Origin: Eledone cirrhosa
Taxonomy: Eukaryota
Direction: 5' to 3'
DNA: 64,000 bases
Assembly (NCBI GenBank): GCA_964016885.1
Contig: OZ024741.1
Location: 50,778,001-50,842,000, forward strand
Part shown: positions 12,400 through 25,734 of the stretch, in pieces
Layout: every line of letters starts with the position of its first letter
Numbering within the stretch: the stretch's first letter is position 1
Position numbers and translations under genes: made by a program
Notes under the pieces: model-generated
Databases searched by the model: none
What the model was told of the DNA's origin: nothing
Seen by the model: the letters and a program-made list of their open reading frames with translations, nothing else

Positions 12400-14210
12400 T
12401 AAAATAAAAATAACAACACAAGAGAGAGTTACCTTGGGAGAGATTTAATAGTCCCTATATATTTCGGATTCACATCCATCAACTGGGTTTTTTTTTCCGG
12501 GGTAAAGGTTGTCTGTCGGACAGGTGCGAAACGCATCCTCCGCTGTTTGTTGTTTTGAATATCTGAGGTATTCGGCAGAGCGCGCGTGCGCGTGAAATGG
12601 GGTCGGTCGGGCAGAGCTCAGCGGCCGAATGAGGGAGTGGGGTGGCGCTAGCTGTCAGTCCATTCTCTGCCTGTTTGTTAAATGTTACTGTGTGTGTGTG
12701 TGCGTGTGTTGTTGTCTCGCTTGAGTGTGTGTTTGTGCGCGTGTGTAGTTGCCTTGTTCCTCTGTATTGGCAGTGTAGTATGTTCGTATGGTGGAATGCT
12801 ACTGTGTGTGTGTGTGTAGTTGTCTCGTTTGTGTGTGCGTGTGTTGTGTGTTGCTACATCGTTTGTTAACTTAAACCAGCCATCTCATTTCGCTTCTCTC
12901 TAATCGGTTGTTTATTTGCGGTTGCAGGCGTTTGATAAAAAGTGCTTCCTTGATACGTAACGTGCCGACGTTTCTTTCAGTCGCTAGAATTGTAACAATA
13001 GGCCTTCCGTCTTTGTTTCCGCATTTGTCTATGTGTTTCCGGAAAGACGAGGCCCTGGTTTTAGTGTGTTCCTTGATCCGGATGTGCAAAGGTCGGATTG
13101 TGTTACCTATGTAGTATTGGTTGCACCTGTCACATTCTATCTTATACACGACGTATGTGCGTAGGCAACAGTTCGCATGGTGTATCGAGCAGTCTCTGAG
13201 GGAGCATGCGTCAGTAGATTTCCCGGGTTTCTTGGAGCGGCATCTTCGCAGGGAGGGGCCCGAGTGGGCCAGGTGGATGTCGAGGCCCTCCCTCCGTATA
13301 GCCTTGCGGATAGCGTTGGTGGTATTCTCGCCCAGATGTGGAATTTTAAGGAAGCACTTGCCTTGGGTGCCTCTCTGTCTCTTGTGTCTGGTGTCTCCTA
13401 TTCTGTCTGTGATCGAGGTAGGGTACCCGTTCGTCTCCAGCACCTCGAGGAATCGCTTGGTATGAGTGACACCACTCGCGGGATCGCTGCATCTGTTTTT
13501 GATTCGCGCGATCTCGTTCGTGATGTATCCTCTTTTGGCACTGTTAGGGAGGGCGGACTTGTAGTGAACGAACAGGTCCCTGCAGGCTGCCTTTCGGTAG
13601 AAGTTGCAGTGGATCCTTCCCTGTTCCGTGATGTTGATTCGGAAGTCGAGGAGGGCAAGTGACTCGTCTTTGTTGGGGTGTTCAACACTGAAGTCAATAT
13701 TCTCGTCCGTGTTGTTGAACGTCTCATAGATTCTGTTCGCCGTGTCTTGGGAAGATGTGAGGATGAGGATATCGTCCACGTACCTTGAGAAAAAGGCTAC
13801 GGCGTTGGGGTGGCAGACGTTGAGTGCCTTGCGTTCGAGGTTGTCCATGTAAGAGATCGCTAGCACACCTGATAGGCTTGATCCCATGGGCAATCCCGAG
13901 GTTTGTTGGTATGTTTGGTCAAGGAATCCGAAGTAGGTGTTGTCGACGACGATGGATAGGAGTTGGTGGATGTCAGTGGTGGTGAGCCCGAAGCAGTGTA
14001 GGTCGGTGGATTGGACGCGTTCCATCAGTATATTGACGGCCGGGAGTGCCGGGACCGAGGTGTAGAGAGCGACTACATCAAGGCTGAAGGCATATCTGTT
14101 ATTCCTTCTGGTGTCGGGATCCATTTGATGCAGGCGCTTCAACACCTCCTCGGAGCTGTTAACGTGTCCCAAAACGTACATGGGTCACGAACCCACATCT
14201 TTGGTTTGCA
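12400..14210 (-). mobile_element. 5'-truncated Penelope-like element: ORF, 3' UTR and degenerate hammerhead (12453-12487)
   Basis: RT + GIY-YIG ORF. Downstream on the minus strand: cc CAGTTGA tggat gtga atcc GAAA tata TA ggg, then ATTAAA. Confidence 0.85.
12871..14181 (-). CDS. Penelope-like reverse transcriptase + GIY-YIG endonuclease (436-aa open frame, N-terminally truncated)
   Basis: FSLDVVALYTSVP, GLPMGSSLSG, FSRYVDDIL (RT); Cys-rich linker; VVYKIEC..C..YYIGNT.R.L..RIKEH..IKEALFI..P.IN (GIY-YIG). Confidence 0.92.
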   Translation of the reverse strand: MYVLGHVNSSEEVLKRLHQMDPDTRRNNRYAFSLDVVALYTSVPALPAVNILMERVQSTDLHCFGLTTTDIHQLLSIVVDNTYFGFLDQTYQQTSGLPMGSSLSGVLAISYMDNLERKALNVCHPNAVAFFSRYVDDILILTSSQDTANRIYETFNNTDENIDFSVEHPNKDESLALLDFRINITEQGRIHCNFYRKAACRDLFVHYKSALPNSAKRGYITNEIARIKNRCSDPASGVTHTKRFLEVLETNGYPTSITDRIGDTRHKRQRGTQGKCFLKIPHLGENTTNAIRKAIRREGLDIHLAHSGPSLRRCRSKKPGKSTDACSLRDCSIHHANCCLRTYVVYKIECDRCNQYYIGNTIRPLHIRIKEHTKTRASSFRKHIDKCGNKDGRPIVTILATERNVGTLRIKEALFIKRLQPQINNRLERSEMRWLV

Positions 14211-14396
14211 GGACCAATGTGCAAACAAAAGATGTGGGTTCGTGTCTTATGTCCGTCAATACTTATTCTTTTTCCATTCAGAGGTGTTTTTTTTTTAAAA
14301 TCCCAACTAACAGACTAATTTTATTTAATCAAATACAGCGTAGGCAGACGTTACTACCTATTTTCAAACATCGCTCTCTGTTTATAAGCAAAGCCT

Positions 14397-14472
<76 letters not shown>

Positions 14473-14482
14473 TCTCTCTTTA

Positions 14483-14518
<36 letters not shown>

Positions 14519-15664
14519 TGCAGGATAGAGCACTCCACAATGTACACAAGTGGGTGTTTACTATATATATATAACTTACCCAGTATCACTAGTTTCATAA
14601 TTTTCAAAAGTTATGAGAGATGGAGAGATGTGTGGGTATATATTCAATCTTTTCTCTCAAAATTTGAGCTGATATTGAACGAGAAGAGACTGAATTTTAT
14701 CAGGCTCCCTATCTTTCCACCCCAAGTTCTCCAGAGAACTAGGGGTGGATAAAATAATGTTCGGTAGACCATCTGAATAGGCCGGATTGATACTATGGAA
14801 CCAACACACTGCTTAATCGTCAAACCCGTCGAAACATTTGTAATGGAAAATTCCCGAATAAATTATTGTAAAAACCCATCATGCATACTTATTCTTCACG
14901 ATTTCTGAAAGAAAAAATAGGAAGAATTAGTTATCAAAGGCATCATATTTGGTCACAAAATAAATATACAAAGCACATAACATTATAAAAACGGAGAGGT
15001 TATAAATATGGTATTACAATTTTGTCAGGGCTACCAACACAACATGGGAAGATCTATATCATAATGCCCCCACAACAAAATGAACGAGTGCTTACAACTT
15101 ATTACAAATAAATTAACTTATATTTTACAAACGCGGCAAGTCATATTAGTTCACTGTTTATCACTATATTTCTTAATATTCTATTTCTCTACACTACTAT
15201 TAGGTGCCTTACAATTCTTTCAACGGACGAATGCAACTCCCAACCTCAGTCGCTCACGGCTGGCCACCGACTGAATGACGGCGAAAAACAAGTGTTTGCC
15301 CTATACCTGTGGTCTGTCCCCAGCTTTGCAAGTTGCCTTCCCCATTATATTTATTGTCACTTATCCTTCTAATACCAAGAATAAGCCTGAACAAGTTTTT
15401 AATTTAAGAGAAAATTATATAAGAGATAAAAAATTTTTTATCTGAAAAAATGACTTTCCGGGCGAAAATTTCACGATCCATGAGGGTGGCCTTGCAGTTG
15501 TCCGCCTGAGCTAAACTTTTGCATATATTGTTTTTGTTTTGTTAATTGGAACAAGATAGGGGGTGAGAGCTAAACTTTTAGAAAGATAAAAAGTAAGGGC
15601 CACCCAAATATATGTATATATATATATATGCCATGTATATTCATTCTGTCATTACTACAACAGA

Positions 15665-15749
15665 GGTCCGACGAGCTTTTGATTGTAGAGTCGGACCAGA
15701 TCGATACAGATCGAACCTCAAGCTGATCAGTTGCGAAACGTGCGTCACC
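15665..15749 (+). ncRNA. Hammerhead-like motif (CCGACGA core, long stem II)
   Basis: ggt CCGACGA gc...gc GAAA cgtgcg TC acc, with AATAAA at 15754. Stem I is only 3 bp. Confidence 0.4.
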
Positions 15750-15789
15750 AACCAATAAACGTAATGAAGGAGTAACCATTCGTCCTTAA

Positions 15790-15912
15790 AGGGCATAGAG
15801 TTATGGCCCTTTACGTCCTGAGTTCAAATCCCGCCGAGGTTAACTTTGCCTTTCATCCTTATGGGCTCGATAAAATAAAGTACCAGTAATGCTCTGGGAT
15901 AATTGCTGGCCT
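15790..15912 (+). mobile_element. tRNA-derived SINE cut off by a Tx1 insertion
   Basis: B box gagttcaaatc and central ttcatcctt..gtcgataaaataaagtacc; ends at gctggcctt, where Tx1 sequence begins. Confidence 0.8.
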
Positions 15913-18550
15913 TCGAAGGCTGCGTTGTCAGAGCTAGAGCGCGGGCTCTGAAACACGAGGGGACAAAAGCCGTTCAATGGGCCCGAGTGGCAGAGGCGCG
16001 ACGTGGCAACAAAGCCACAATTCGGTCTTTGTCTGACCAAAACGGGTGCGTGTTGCTCGAACCCGAGCAGATGTGTGAAGCTTTTCAGCAGCACTTTGCT
16101 GAATTTTTCGGGAGCAGCGGTGGCCCGGATCGGGGCATGGACTTCAGTGCATACCTCGACGGACTGACTCGGCTCTCGACGACCGCAGCACAGTGTTGCG
16201 AAAAGCCAATAACAGCCGGTGAAATACGGGAAGCAATGGCTAGCTGCACGATGGTCTGCCCTACGAGCTTTATGCATTTATGCCAGACTTGTTCGGTGAC
16301 CTCTTGGCAGACGTCTACTGCAACTGGCAGCAGAACGGGAGCATTCCCAGTTTTGTGAGCTGGGGAACGGTGGCGCTGCTGAGAAAAGACCCGAACAAGG
16401 AGGATGTTATCGATAATTTCAGGCCCATAACTCTGCTAAACGCAGAGTTCAGTTCAAGATTTTGGCCAAGGTGTTAGCAACGAGGTTGGCGCTTGTTGTC
16501 AAGGGTCTGGTGGGAGAGGCGCAGACATGCGCCATTCCGGACAGATCCATGCACGACAACCTCCGCCTCATGCGATACACCATAGAGAGGGTGGTTAAGG
16601 AACCTGGCACAGGTGGGGCCCTGATAAACTTGGATCAATCCAAAGCATTCGATAGGGTTGACCATCGGTACCTGGCAGTACAGCGACATCTGCACAGTTG
16701 TGAGGGTGAACGGTCACCTGTCGCAGCCATTCAGCATCATGCGCTCAATCCGCCAGGGTTGTCCCTCTCGTCCCTCTTGTACGTATTAGCTCTCGAGCCG
16801 TTACTGCACAAACTGGGGGCGATGAGGGGCGTCCCACGTGAACTAGGATGCGGGAAATCCGAGTCGGCTTACGCCGATGACCTCACCGTCTTGGTGTCGA
16901 GCACCAGACACGTCCAGATGCTCAGCACCAGACACGTCCAGATGCTCGGCACCGCTCTCAAGGAATACGAAGCGGTGACAAAGATAAACCAGGAAAAGTC
17001 GGTGGGCTTGCAGCTCGGCACCTGGAGAGGCAAGTCCATGCCGTCCGACAGCGTCGTGGGGCGTTGGACGGACCGGTTAAATTGCTCGGGGTCTGGTTCG
17101 GATGGAGAAAAACTGGAACGAGGTAACGAGCAAGGTGGCCTCCCTCACCCAGAAATGGGCCGAGAGGAAGCTGTCCCTGAAAGGCTGGGCAGAGGTGGCG
17201 AATGCGTACATCGCATTCGTCATCTGCTACCGCCTCACCGTCGCCCCTTGTCCCGGCCCAACTCTCACCAAAATGGAGCGCCTCCTCTTCCGCTTTTTGT
17301 GGAAGGGACGCGCTCGAATGGTCAGACGATCCATCTGCTGTCAACACCCGTTGCGTGGAGGACTGGGCATGCCATGGCTGATGATGCGCAAATTTGCGCT
17401 GAAGCTGCGACATCTCTAGTGCTTCCTTGACGGTGAACAGGTGTGGTCGCCGTTCGCCAGGCACGTTTTCCCACAGCTCGTCTCCTTGACGGAGCTGCAG
17501 TCCTGGGTCAGAAAAAGACCAAGGGATATCGCTTGAAAACTGGAATGACTCCAGGCGCTCACTGCCCTCTGCCAGCTTGGCACCAGTATCGGTGGAACAT
17601 CCACCTCGGCGTTCGATAGAGGACTAGTGGAGGGGAAGAGCGACGACGTTCTCGGAGGGATCCTGGGCGTCGAAGAAAGTCAGCTGTTTGCTCTCTTCCG
17701 GAAAACCTTCAGTCCAGGGCCTATGGATAATTCCAAAAATCACTGGCCTGGCAGTGCTACCGGGGAGCGCTGCCGGTTCGAGATAAGCTCTACAGGCACG
17801 GAAGTGCCGTCAGCCGAGCCTGTCCGAGATGCGCGCAGAGCGACGAAACCGTCGTGCACGCACTCGTTCAGTGCCCGAGCATTGCTGACTTGTGGAACTA
17901 TGTCGAATAGTTGCTGTCGCGTGTAGGACTGATCTGGTTATCGACTGAATCTATTGTGCAGATGGTCTCGCCGTCTTCCTTCAAGGAGGAAGGGCAGGCG
18001 GTTTTCATCTGCCTGGTGGCCATGGCGAAAGAAATTGTGTGGTGGACAAGGTTGAAAGGGTTAAAGACAGACACTTTCCTCTTCGGCGAATCCCTAATTA
18101 ACTTTTTCAAGTTTCACTTGATGAGGAAAATCAGGGTGGAGAGGCAAGTGTTGCATTCTAGCAAGTTTGTTGAAGGGTGGGTGAATGTAGCGAGAATGGT
18201 CCGAGTGAACGGGACCGCTCTGAATATACGTCTGTAGTTTGAGAAATGGAAAAATTGAGAGAGGGCGCTTGCCCTGGTGGTCAGGGTGGCCGTGGTCTTT
18301 TGTGTGGTTTTCGCCACAAGTTACCCTCGGAGGTTTCCCCCCTATTGGGGAATTTTTTCATTGTTTCAATTTTTATTTTTATTGTTTATATATATATATG
18401 TTTCTATGTCTTTTTCTTTTTCTTCTCTTATATAAATAATAAAAATCTTTACACGAACAAAACCCATATCGTACCGTCGTGTACCGCCCTGTGCCGTCTG
18501 TAATGTTTTTCTTGATGTCAGCCCTTGTGGCCAATAAATAAATCATTATT
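15913..18550 (+). mobile_element. 5'-truncated Tx1/L1-clade LINE (RT + Cys/His domain), frameshifted
   Basis: NFRPITLLN, LDQSKAFDRVDH, SLLYVLALEPLL, AYADDL, GGLGMP and a C-terminal Cys/His region. 3' tail aataaataaatcattatt. Confidence 0.92.
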
Positions 18551-18660
18551 AGGTTAACTTTGCCTTTCATCCTTCCGGGGTCGATAGAATAAAGTACCAG
18601 TAATGCATTGGGTAATTGCTGGTCTTGTGCCAAAAGTAGAAACAATTATTATTATTATTA
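18551..18660 (+). mobile_element. SINE 3' half immediately after the Tx1 tail
   Basis: aggttaactttgcc...gtgccaaaagtagaaacaattattatt. Confidence 0.8.
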
Positions 18661-18664
18661 TTGT

Positions 18665-19985
18665 TGTTCTTTGAGTCTCAGTCATTGATGTTAGTTAACT
18701 GGAAAGTTTGTTGAAATGAATATCAAGCCACTACCTGCAGCCTCAGATATTCAGGACGTATAGGAGGGTTCTTGCTGTTCCCAGCAAGCATGCCTTTTGA
18801 AGCGTTCCAAAAAGCGTGGCGGGGCCAATTTTCTTTAACCATCCCTGGAAACTTTTTGAGATAGTCCCTAGTGCGCCTATGACAATCGGGACCACTTTGA
18901 CTTCATGGCAGTTCCAAATCCTTTTTACCTCCCACTTTAAGTCCTGGTATCGGTTAATTTTCTCCCTCTCCTTCTCTTGCACTCTCGTGTCGAATGGGCA
19001 GGCCACATCAACAATCAGGCACGATTTTTTTTCTTTGTCCAAAACCACCAGGTCAGGTCTATTGTGTTCCAGTTTCTTGTCCGTCTGTATCCTAAAATCC
19101 CACAGCACCTTCACCTGATCGTTTTCTATCACCGACTCTGGCTTATGCTCATACCACTTCTCAGAATGTGGTAAATTGTTTACTTTGCATAGGTGCCAGT
19201 GGATCACCCTGCCCATCATATGGGATGACTTTGTTTACCTTAGCTGTTGTTTCTTTTAACTTTTTTCTGTCTACAAATCTTAGGTTCATAGGTTTCCCAC
19301 TATCATTGTTCAATTCACCTACCACTAAGTTTAGGATATCAACCAAATCTTGTCCTAGCCCGTCAGCATTCATCTCCTCAATGGCCGTATCTTTGTTCCA
19401 GGTATTATTTATTTCAGCATTCAGATCATTGTCTGCTTCGGATGGTTCCTCCGTTCTCTCAACCTCTTCACCTTCATTTCCCACTGGCTCGTTTGCCTGG
19501 CATACATCACTCTCCATTTCCAACCTAATCTCTCTGCTCAGTTCCTCCAGTTCCAGCTCGCTTATCCACCCATTAGTTCTTATTACCCGAGCCTGTCCGG
19601 CCAATTTTTGTTCATCTAATTTAAATAGACCAATCTCGTTCCAGATGTTATGCATCCGTTTCCTATAGCCTTTCTCCTTGGGGTTACTCTTCAGGTAACA
19701 TTGCATACCAGTTCTATTCAATTCTTTCGTCCAGTTGGTTCTGGTCCCTTTCCTTCTTCTTCTTCCTCCGACACCAGCAGTATTTGGTTGACAGCCAGGT
19801 CCCTGCTGCTGAGCCAGGGAGCACCTGCTGGGTGAGAGTCTGTCACATGACATTCCAGTCTCCACTTCACCGTTATTCGAACTGTTTAGGTTCGACATTT
19901 AAACACTCTTATCGAGGATTGGTGAATGTATGGTTACATAACCACCGGTGATTTTATCACTCCCGGTGATTTTTGTGTGGCACTA
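18665..19985 (-). mobile_element. R4/Dong-type element with the RT region deleted (N-terminal ORF joined to the RLE domain)
   Basis: 19161-19898 is an R4-like N-terminus (WTKELN..CY..GYRKRMHNIW..EQKLAGQAR). 18743-19219 is the RLE part (KVLWDFRIQTD..HNRPDLVV..IVDVACP..PIVIGALG). No RT motifs lie between them. The 3' end abuts (TTA)n. Confidence 0.85.
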
Positions 19986-20810
19986 TCACGCTGTAGACGA
20001 ACATAAATAAACAAACAAACAAACAGGTAAAAAAAAAAAAAAAAGAATAAGCATAAGTTTCATTGTAATGTAATGTTTGAATGTCTGACTTAGTTTTTCC
20101 CTTCCCTTCTCTGTCCGTCTGTTTGTTTTTCTTTTCATTTTTCTTTTCTTTACGTTTTTCGTTGTTGCTGTGCTGCTTTGATTTTGATTTTTGGTTTTCT
20201 GATTTTTTGACCAGGTCATCAAATCAGTCTATTTATATCTTTTGATGACTTCCTCTTTTAGTGGGGACTCTACGAAGCATGTCTTAGCAGGAGGTAGTGA
20301 GAGAGAATAGCGGCGGTAGTGATAATGAGGCAGTGGTGGTGGTGCTGTGCAAGTAGTACTTAGCAGGAGGTAGTGGGAGAGAATAGCGGTGGTAGCGATA
20401 ATGAGGCAGTGGTGGTGGTGATGTGATCGTAGTACTGTAGTGATGGTGTTGAAGTTGAAGTAGAAATAGAAGTTGAGGTAACTTAACTAGAGTTTTTGGC
20501 GTGGTAGTGGTGATGGTGGCGGTGGTGGTGTTGGTGGTGAAATTATTTTTCTGTCTGTCCACTTAACCATTTAGCTATTTAGCCATTTTGCCATTTTCCT
20601 CTTTTTCGACTATAACATTTCTGATCCAAAATTAAATATTAAATATGCCGTTAAGTGATGCGTTATGGCTTGCTGAGCGTAAAAACTGTAATCTTATTGT
20701 TCATTGTAATAAGAATTATTCTATCACAGTTGTTTTAAAGAAGTAAAAATCAAAAACTTATGGGAGCGATTCCATAACGATATATATCCACCATGTGCGT
20801 TTTCTTCTTC

Positions 20811-20867
<57 letters not shown>

Positions 20868-20874
20868 GTTATTG

Positions 20875-21193
20875 TTATTCCTTGAATCTCAGTCATTGAT
20901 GTTGGTTAACTGGAAAGTCCGTTGGATTGAATATCAAGCCACTACCTGCAGCCTCAGATATTCAGGACGTATCGGAGGGTTCTTGCCGTTCCAAGCAAGC
21001 ATGCCTTTTGAAGCGTTCCAAAAAGCGTGAAGGGGCCGATTTTCTTTAACCATCCCTGGAAACCTTTGGAGATAGTCCCCAGTGCGCCTATGACAATCGG
21101 GATCACTTTGACTTCATGGCAGTTCCAAATCCTTTTCACCTCCCACTTTAGGTCCTGGTATCGGTTAATTTTCTCCCTCTCCTTCTCTTGCAC
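20875..21193 (-). mobile_element. Short 3' fragment of the same R4/Dong family, inside (TTA)n
   Basis: Near-identical to 18665-18983; (TTA)n at 20813-20877 and 21194-21299. Confidence 0.9.
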
Positions 21194-22140
<947 letters not shown>

Positions 22141-22344
22141 AATTATTATATACTAGCAGCAGTTGCCTGGGTAGGTAAAATAATATCTGCTTTGATGAAA
22201 ATTTGTTGATCTTAGCGACTGCTTCTCGATGACTCATCTATGGCCACACGCAGGCCATGCGGGGGAGGGTGGTGATGACCTCTATCACTGAGAAACGCGG
22301 GTGACTGACGAAGGGGTATGCTGGGGGAGGGAAGTAATGACCTC

Positions 22345-24325
22345 TAACACTAAGCCAAATTTCCTCATGCTACTTGAAGAATTTAAAATACTCCATTCTT
22401 TGGACAAGACTTCGGAACTGTGGAATTTACCGCAACTCTAGTATATCAAATAACTGCGCGCTCTGTACAATGGAGACCCTGTTGATTATTAATAACTATG
22501 AGACCCTAATTAACAAAAAGAGTGAATTATTCTCTAGTTGCCTCCATAAAGCTACGTCCACTTTTTTAGCCTCCCATAAAACGAGAAAAAAGAGAGAATA
22601 ACAGTAAACCATTAATAACTTGGTTGCCAGGAATATATAATCAACAAGGAAAAACATTAATGGCCTTTAATATTGCTTCATCTTATAGCTATCTATAGAA
22701 GAAATAACGCTCGAATGAAAGACACTTGTTCAATAACATGCCGGAACATTGATACACATAACATTATTTTATTAACTTTGATCAATACCATTTTTTCTTT
22801 ATTTCATTATTTCTCTATCTATCTTCCTATCTATGTTTTAAAGTTTAGTTTAATACCCAACCCATACATCTTTACGGAACTTTTCTATAACTGTGAATTT
22901 TTAATGCGTTTTTGATCTCTTATTTATAGTATAATATAATATAGTATATTATAATATGTATGTAATTATATTTTTATATATTTTTAAATATACCTACTGC
23001 ACTTTAAAATCTAAAATTCAAAACAGATTCAAACTTATATATAAATGTGAAATTTTTGGTGCATTTTTTATCTCTTATTTATAATATAATGTATTATAAT
23101 ATGTATGTAATTATATATTATATTTTATATATTTTTAAATGTACATACCGCATTTCTATATCCATAACTCAAATATAGAGAAAATATCCAAACTAAAAAT
23201 TATTATAGACATTATTTTGAACTCTGAATTATCCATGCACTTATTATTGTTTTTCTTATATATATATATGTATTTAAATGTAACACGTTGAACTCTATTT
23301 AATAAAATTATAACCGTTATCATTTACCTAAAGTATACCGCACCACTGATACCTAATATATATCTATATATACCTCCCTATATCTTCCTATACATAATTT
23401 TTAGTTAACTTCTAAATTTCTTGATTATGTATACTCTGAACTAAGAATAATTAATGCATTTACACCCTGTTATATATAGGTGTATATTTAACCTTAACAT
23501 ACCTCAATCTATTATTTTATTTTTATTTTCGTTATTATTTACCTAAAATATACTGGCTCATTAATATTTATCTATATACATAATCGTTATTTAAATATTT
23601 CTAACAATAAGTACTTCAAAAGCTTTACATACCTAATATGTTGGTATCTTTGTTAAAGTTTAAATTTAGGAAAATAATCAACAGTATAAAATTTCATTCT
23701 TGATGTGCCAGCTAAATCCTTTAAATGTTACCCTCATAAAACTCAGAAGCTTAGAAATGTTAACAGACTTATAGAATTTATAAAACTAATATATAAATAA
23801 CCAGCAAAAAAATCCTGGAATCTTGATTCTTCACCCTAAAATTATAAATTAAATATTTTCAAAATTAACCTTTTAACTTTCAGGAAAAATCTCCTTCTGC
23901 ATATATCACCCCCCCCCCTTATCTTTCCCTCTCTATAAATCCTTTTCCAGGGGCTATCACTGGCTGTTATGATTCATGAGATGTTTTCCTAGATAAATTG
24001 TAGTATCATACATTTTAAAATCTCTATAACTGTTACATTAAGCAACGTTTTTCTTACTCACACATTCTCTAATTTATTACGTTTTCGCATTTTCTCATAA
24101 TTAGGGTATAAATGTTAAATTTTCTCTTAGGTTAATCACTACCTTGATTAAATCTTAACCATTTAACATCTCAGGATATGTCATGTATCATTATATTTTG
24201 TCTGATGAGGACGTACTGTTGTACATCCGAAATATGTATAGTAAAATGTAATTGATCAAAAGAACATCTATTTTATAAATATTTGTATTTTAATATTAAT
24301 AACAAATTAAATATCCCTTCCACTT
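22345..24325 (+). mobile_element. PLE 3' remnant: GIY-YIG C-terminus, long AT-rich UTR and hammerhead
   Basis: 22374-22601 reads YSILW..CALCTMETLLI..LINKKSELFSSCLHK, similar to the end of the 45101 ORF and to PLE endonuclease tails. Hammerhead at 24195. Confidence 0.65.
24195..24247 (+). ncRNA. Minimal type I hammerhead ribozyme, canonical core
   Basis: attttgt CTGATGA ggacgtac tgtt gtacatcc GAAA tatgta TA gtaaaat; predicted cleavage after AUA (24240). Confidence 0.8.
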
Positions 24326-24365
24326 ATATATATATATATTTATATATAGATAGGTAGATACACGC

Positions 24366-24433
<68 letters not shown>

Positions 24434-24524
24434 CGAAGGAAATGTGGTAAGGAACCAGGTGGACCATAACGCACCAAAGTACTCAATACTTAGGGTAGTA
24501 GAGTAGGTAATAGGAACAAGTAAG

Positions 24525-24618
24525 ACCCCGACGGCTGAGCTCAAGCCGTTTCGACGGCTAATTCTGTACTGAATGAAAATTTATTCTGGTATTTAAATAG
24601 CCGAACTTATCAAGGGGT
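24525..24618 (-). ncRNA. Hammerhead ribozyme, U3:A8 variant (left arm)
   Basis: Reverse complement of 25735-25828. Confidence 0.7.
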
Positions 24619-25734
24619 AATTCCATATATGGTCAAAGAGATAATCACCAGGATTGGTCACATCACAAGTTAGTAGTAAATCTGTGATGGCAAGTTGGTG
24701 GGGGAAGGGGTAGCTAAACCTGCCGGTAGGAGAAAAAGGGAGAGGGGTGGAGTAGACCCATTCATGCGTTAGTAGTGCCAGCTACAGCTGGGGGTGAGGT
24801 CAAAGAGGAAACTGGGGAGGGGGAGGAGGTCGAAACGGTAAGTAGAACAATGAAAGGTAAAACTATAAAAGGTACTGAGAGAGAAAAAACTATAAAAGGT
24901 ACTGAGAGAGGAAAAAAAAAAAAAAAAAAAAAATAAGCAAAAACTGGTTACTAAGACATAAGTCTCTCGCTATTGCTAGGCTAAAGAGATACATAAATAA
25001 ATAAATAAACAAAAGGGAATAAAAGAATAGATAAATAAATTTAAAAAAAAAAAAAAAAAGATATATATATATATACAATGTGGAAAAAAAAAAAAAAATA
25101 ATAGAAATAAACTAGGTGGGACGGAAATAAAGGGACCTTTATACGAGGTATAAGTGCGTGTATCGTACGGTGACGGGTCAACAAAGGGGGGGGGGGGGGC
25201 AGAATACTAAAGAGACTACCACGAAAATAATAAAGTTTTCTACCCCAATCACAGGGCCAGCAACCACCCAGTGCAAGAAAGTAAACTAGTACGAGAATAT
25301 AATTCAGGGTCCCGCAAAAAAATACTAGTGCTAACTCTAAGGGTACCGCCACGAAACAAAAAGTCTTATACAAGCTACAAGAAAGATCGTACGAAGTAAA
25401 AGTAAAGAACGGAAAATTTTAGTTATTTATTTTTTTTTTTTCCTCTCTCAGTACCTTTTATAGTTTTTTCTCTCTCAGTACCTTTTATAGTTTTACCTTT
25501 CATTGTTCTACTTACCGTTTCGACCTCCTCCCCCTCCCCAGTTTCCTCTTTGACCTCACACCCAGCTGTAGCTGGCACTACTAACGCATGAATGGGTCTA
25601 CTCCACCCCTCTCCCTTTTTCTCCTACCGGCAGGTTTAGCTACCCCTTCCCCCACCAACTTGCCATCACAGATTTACTACTAACTTGTGATGTGACCAAT
25701 CCTGGTGATTATCTCTTTGACCATATATGGAATT

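Noticed and set aside
22270-22345. GTGATGA, GAAA and CTGACGA motifs
   Set aside because: I could not build consistent stems I-III in any permutation.
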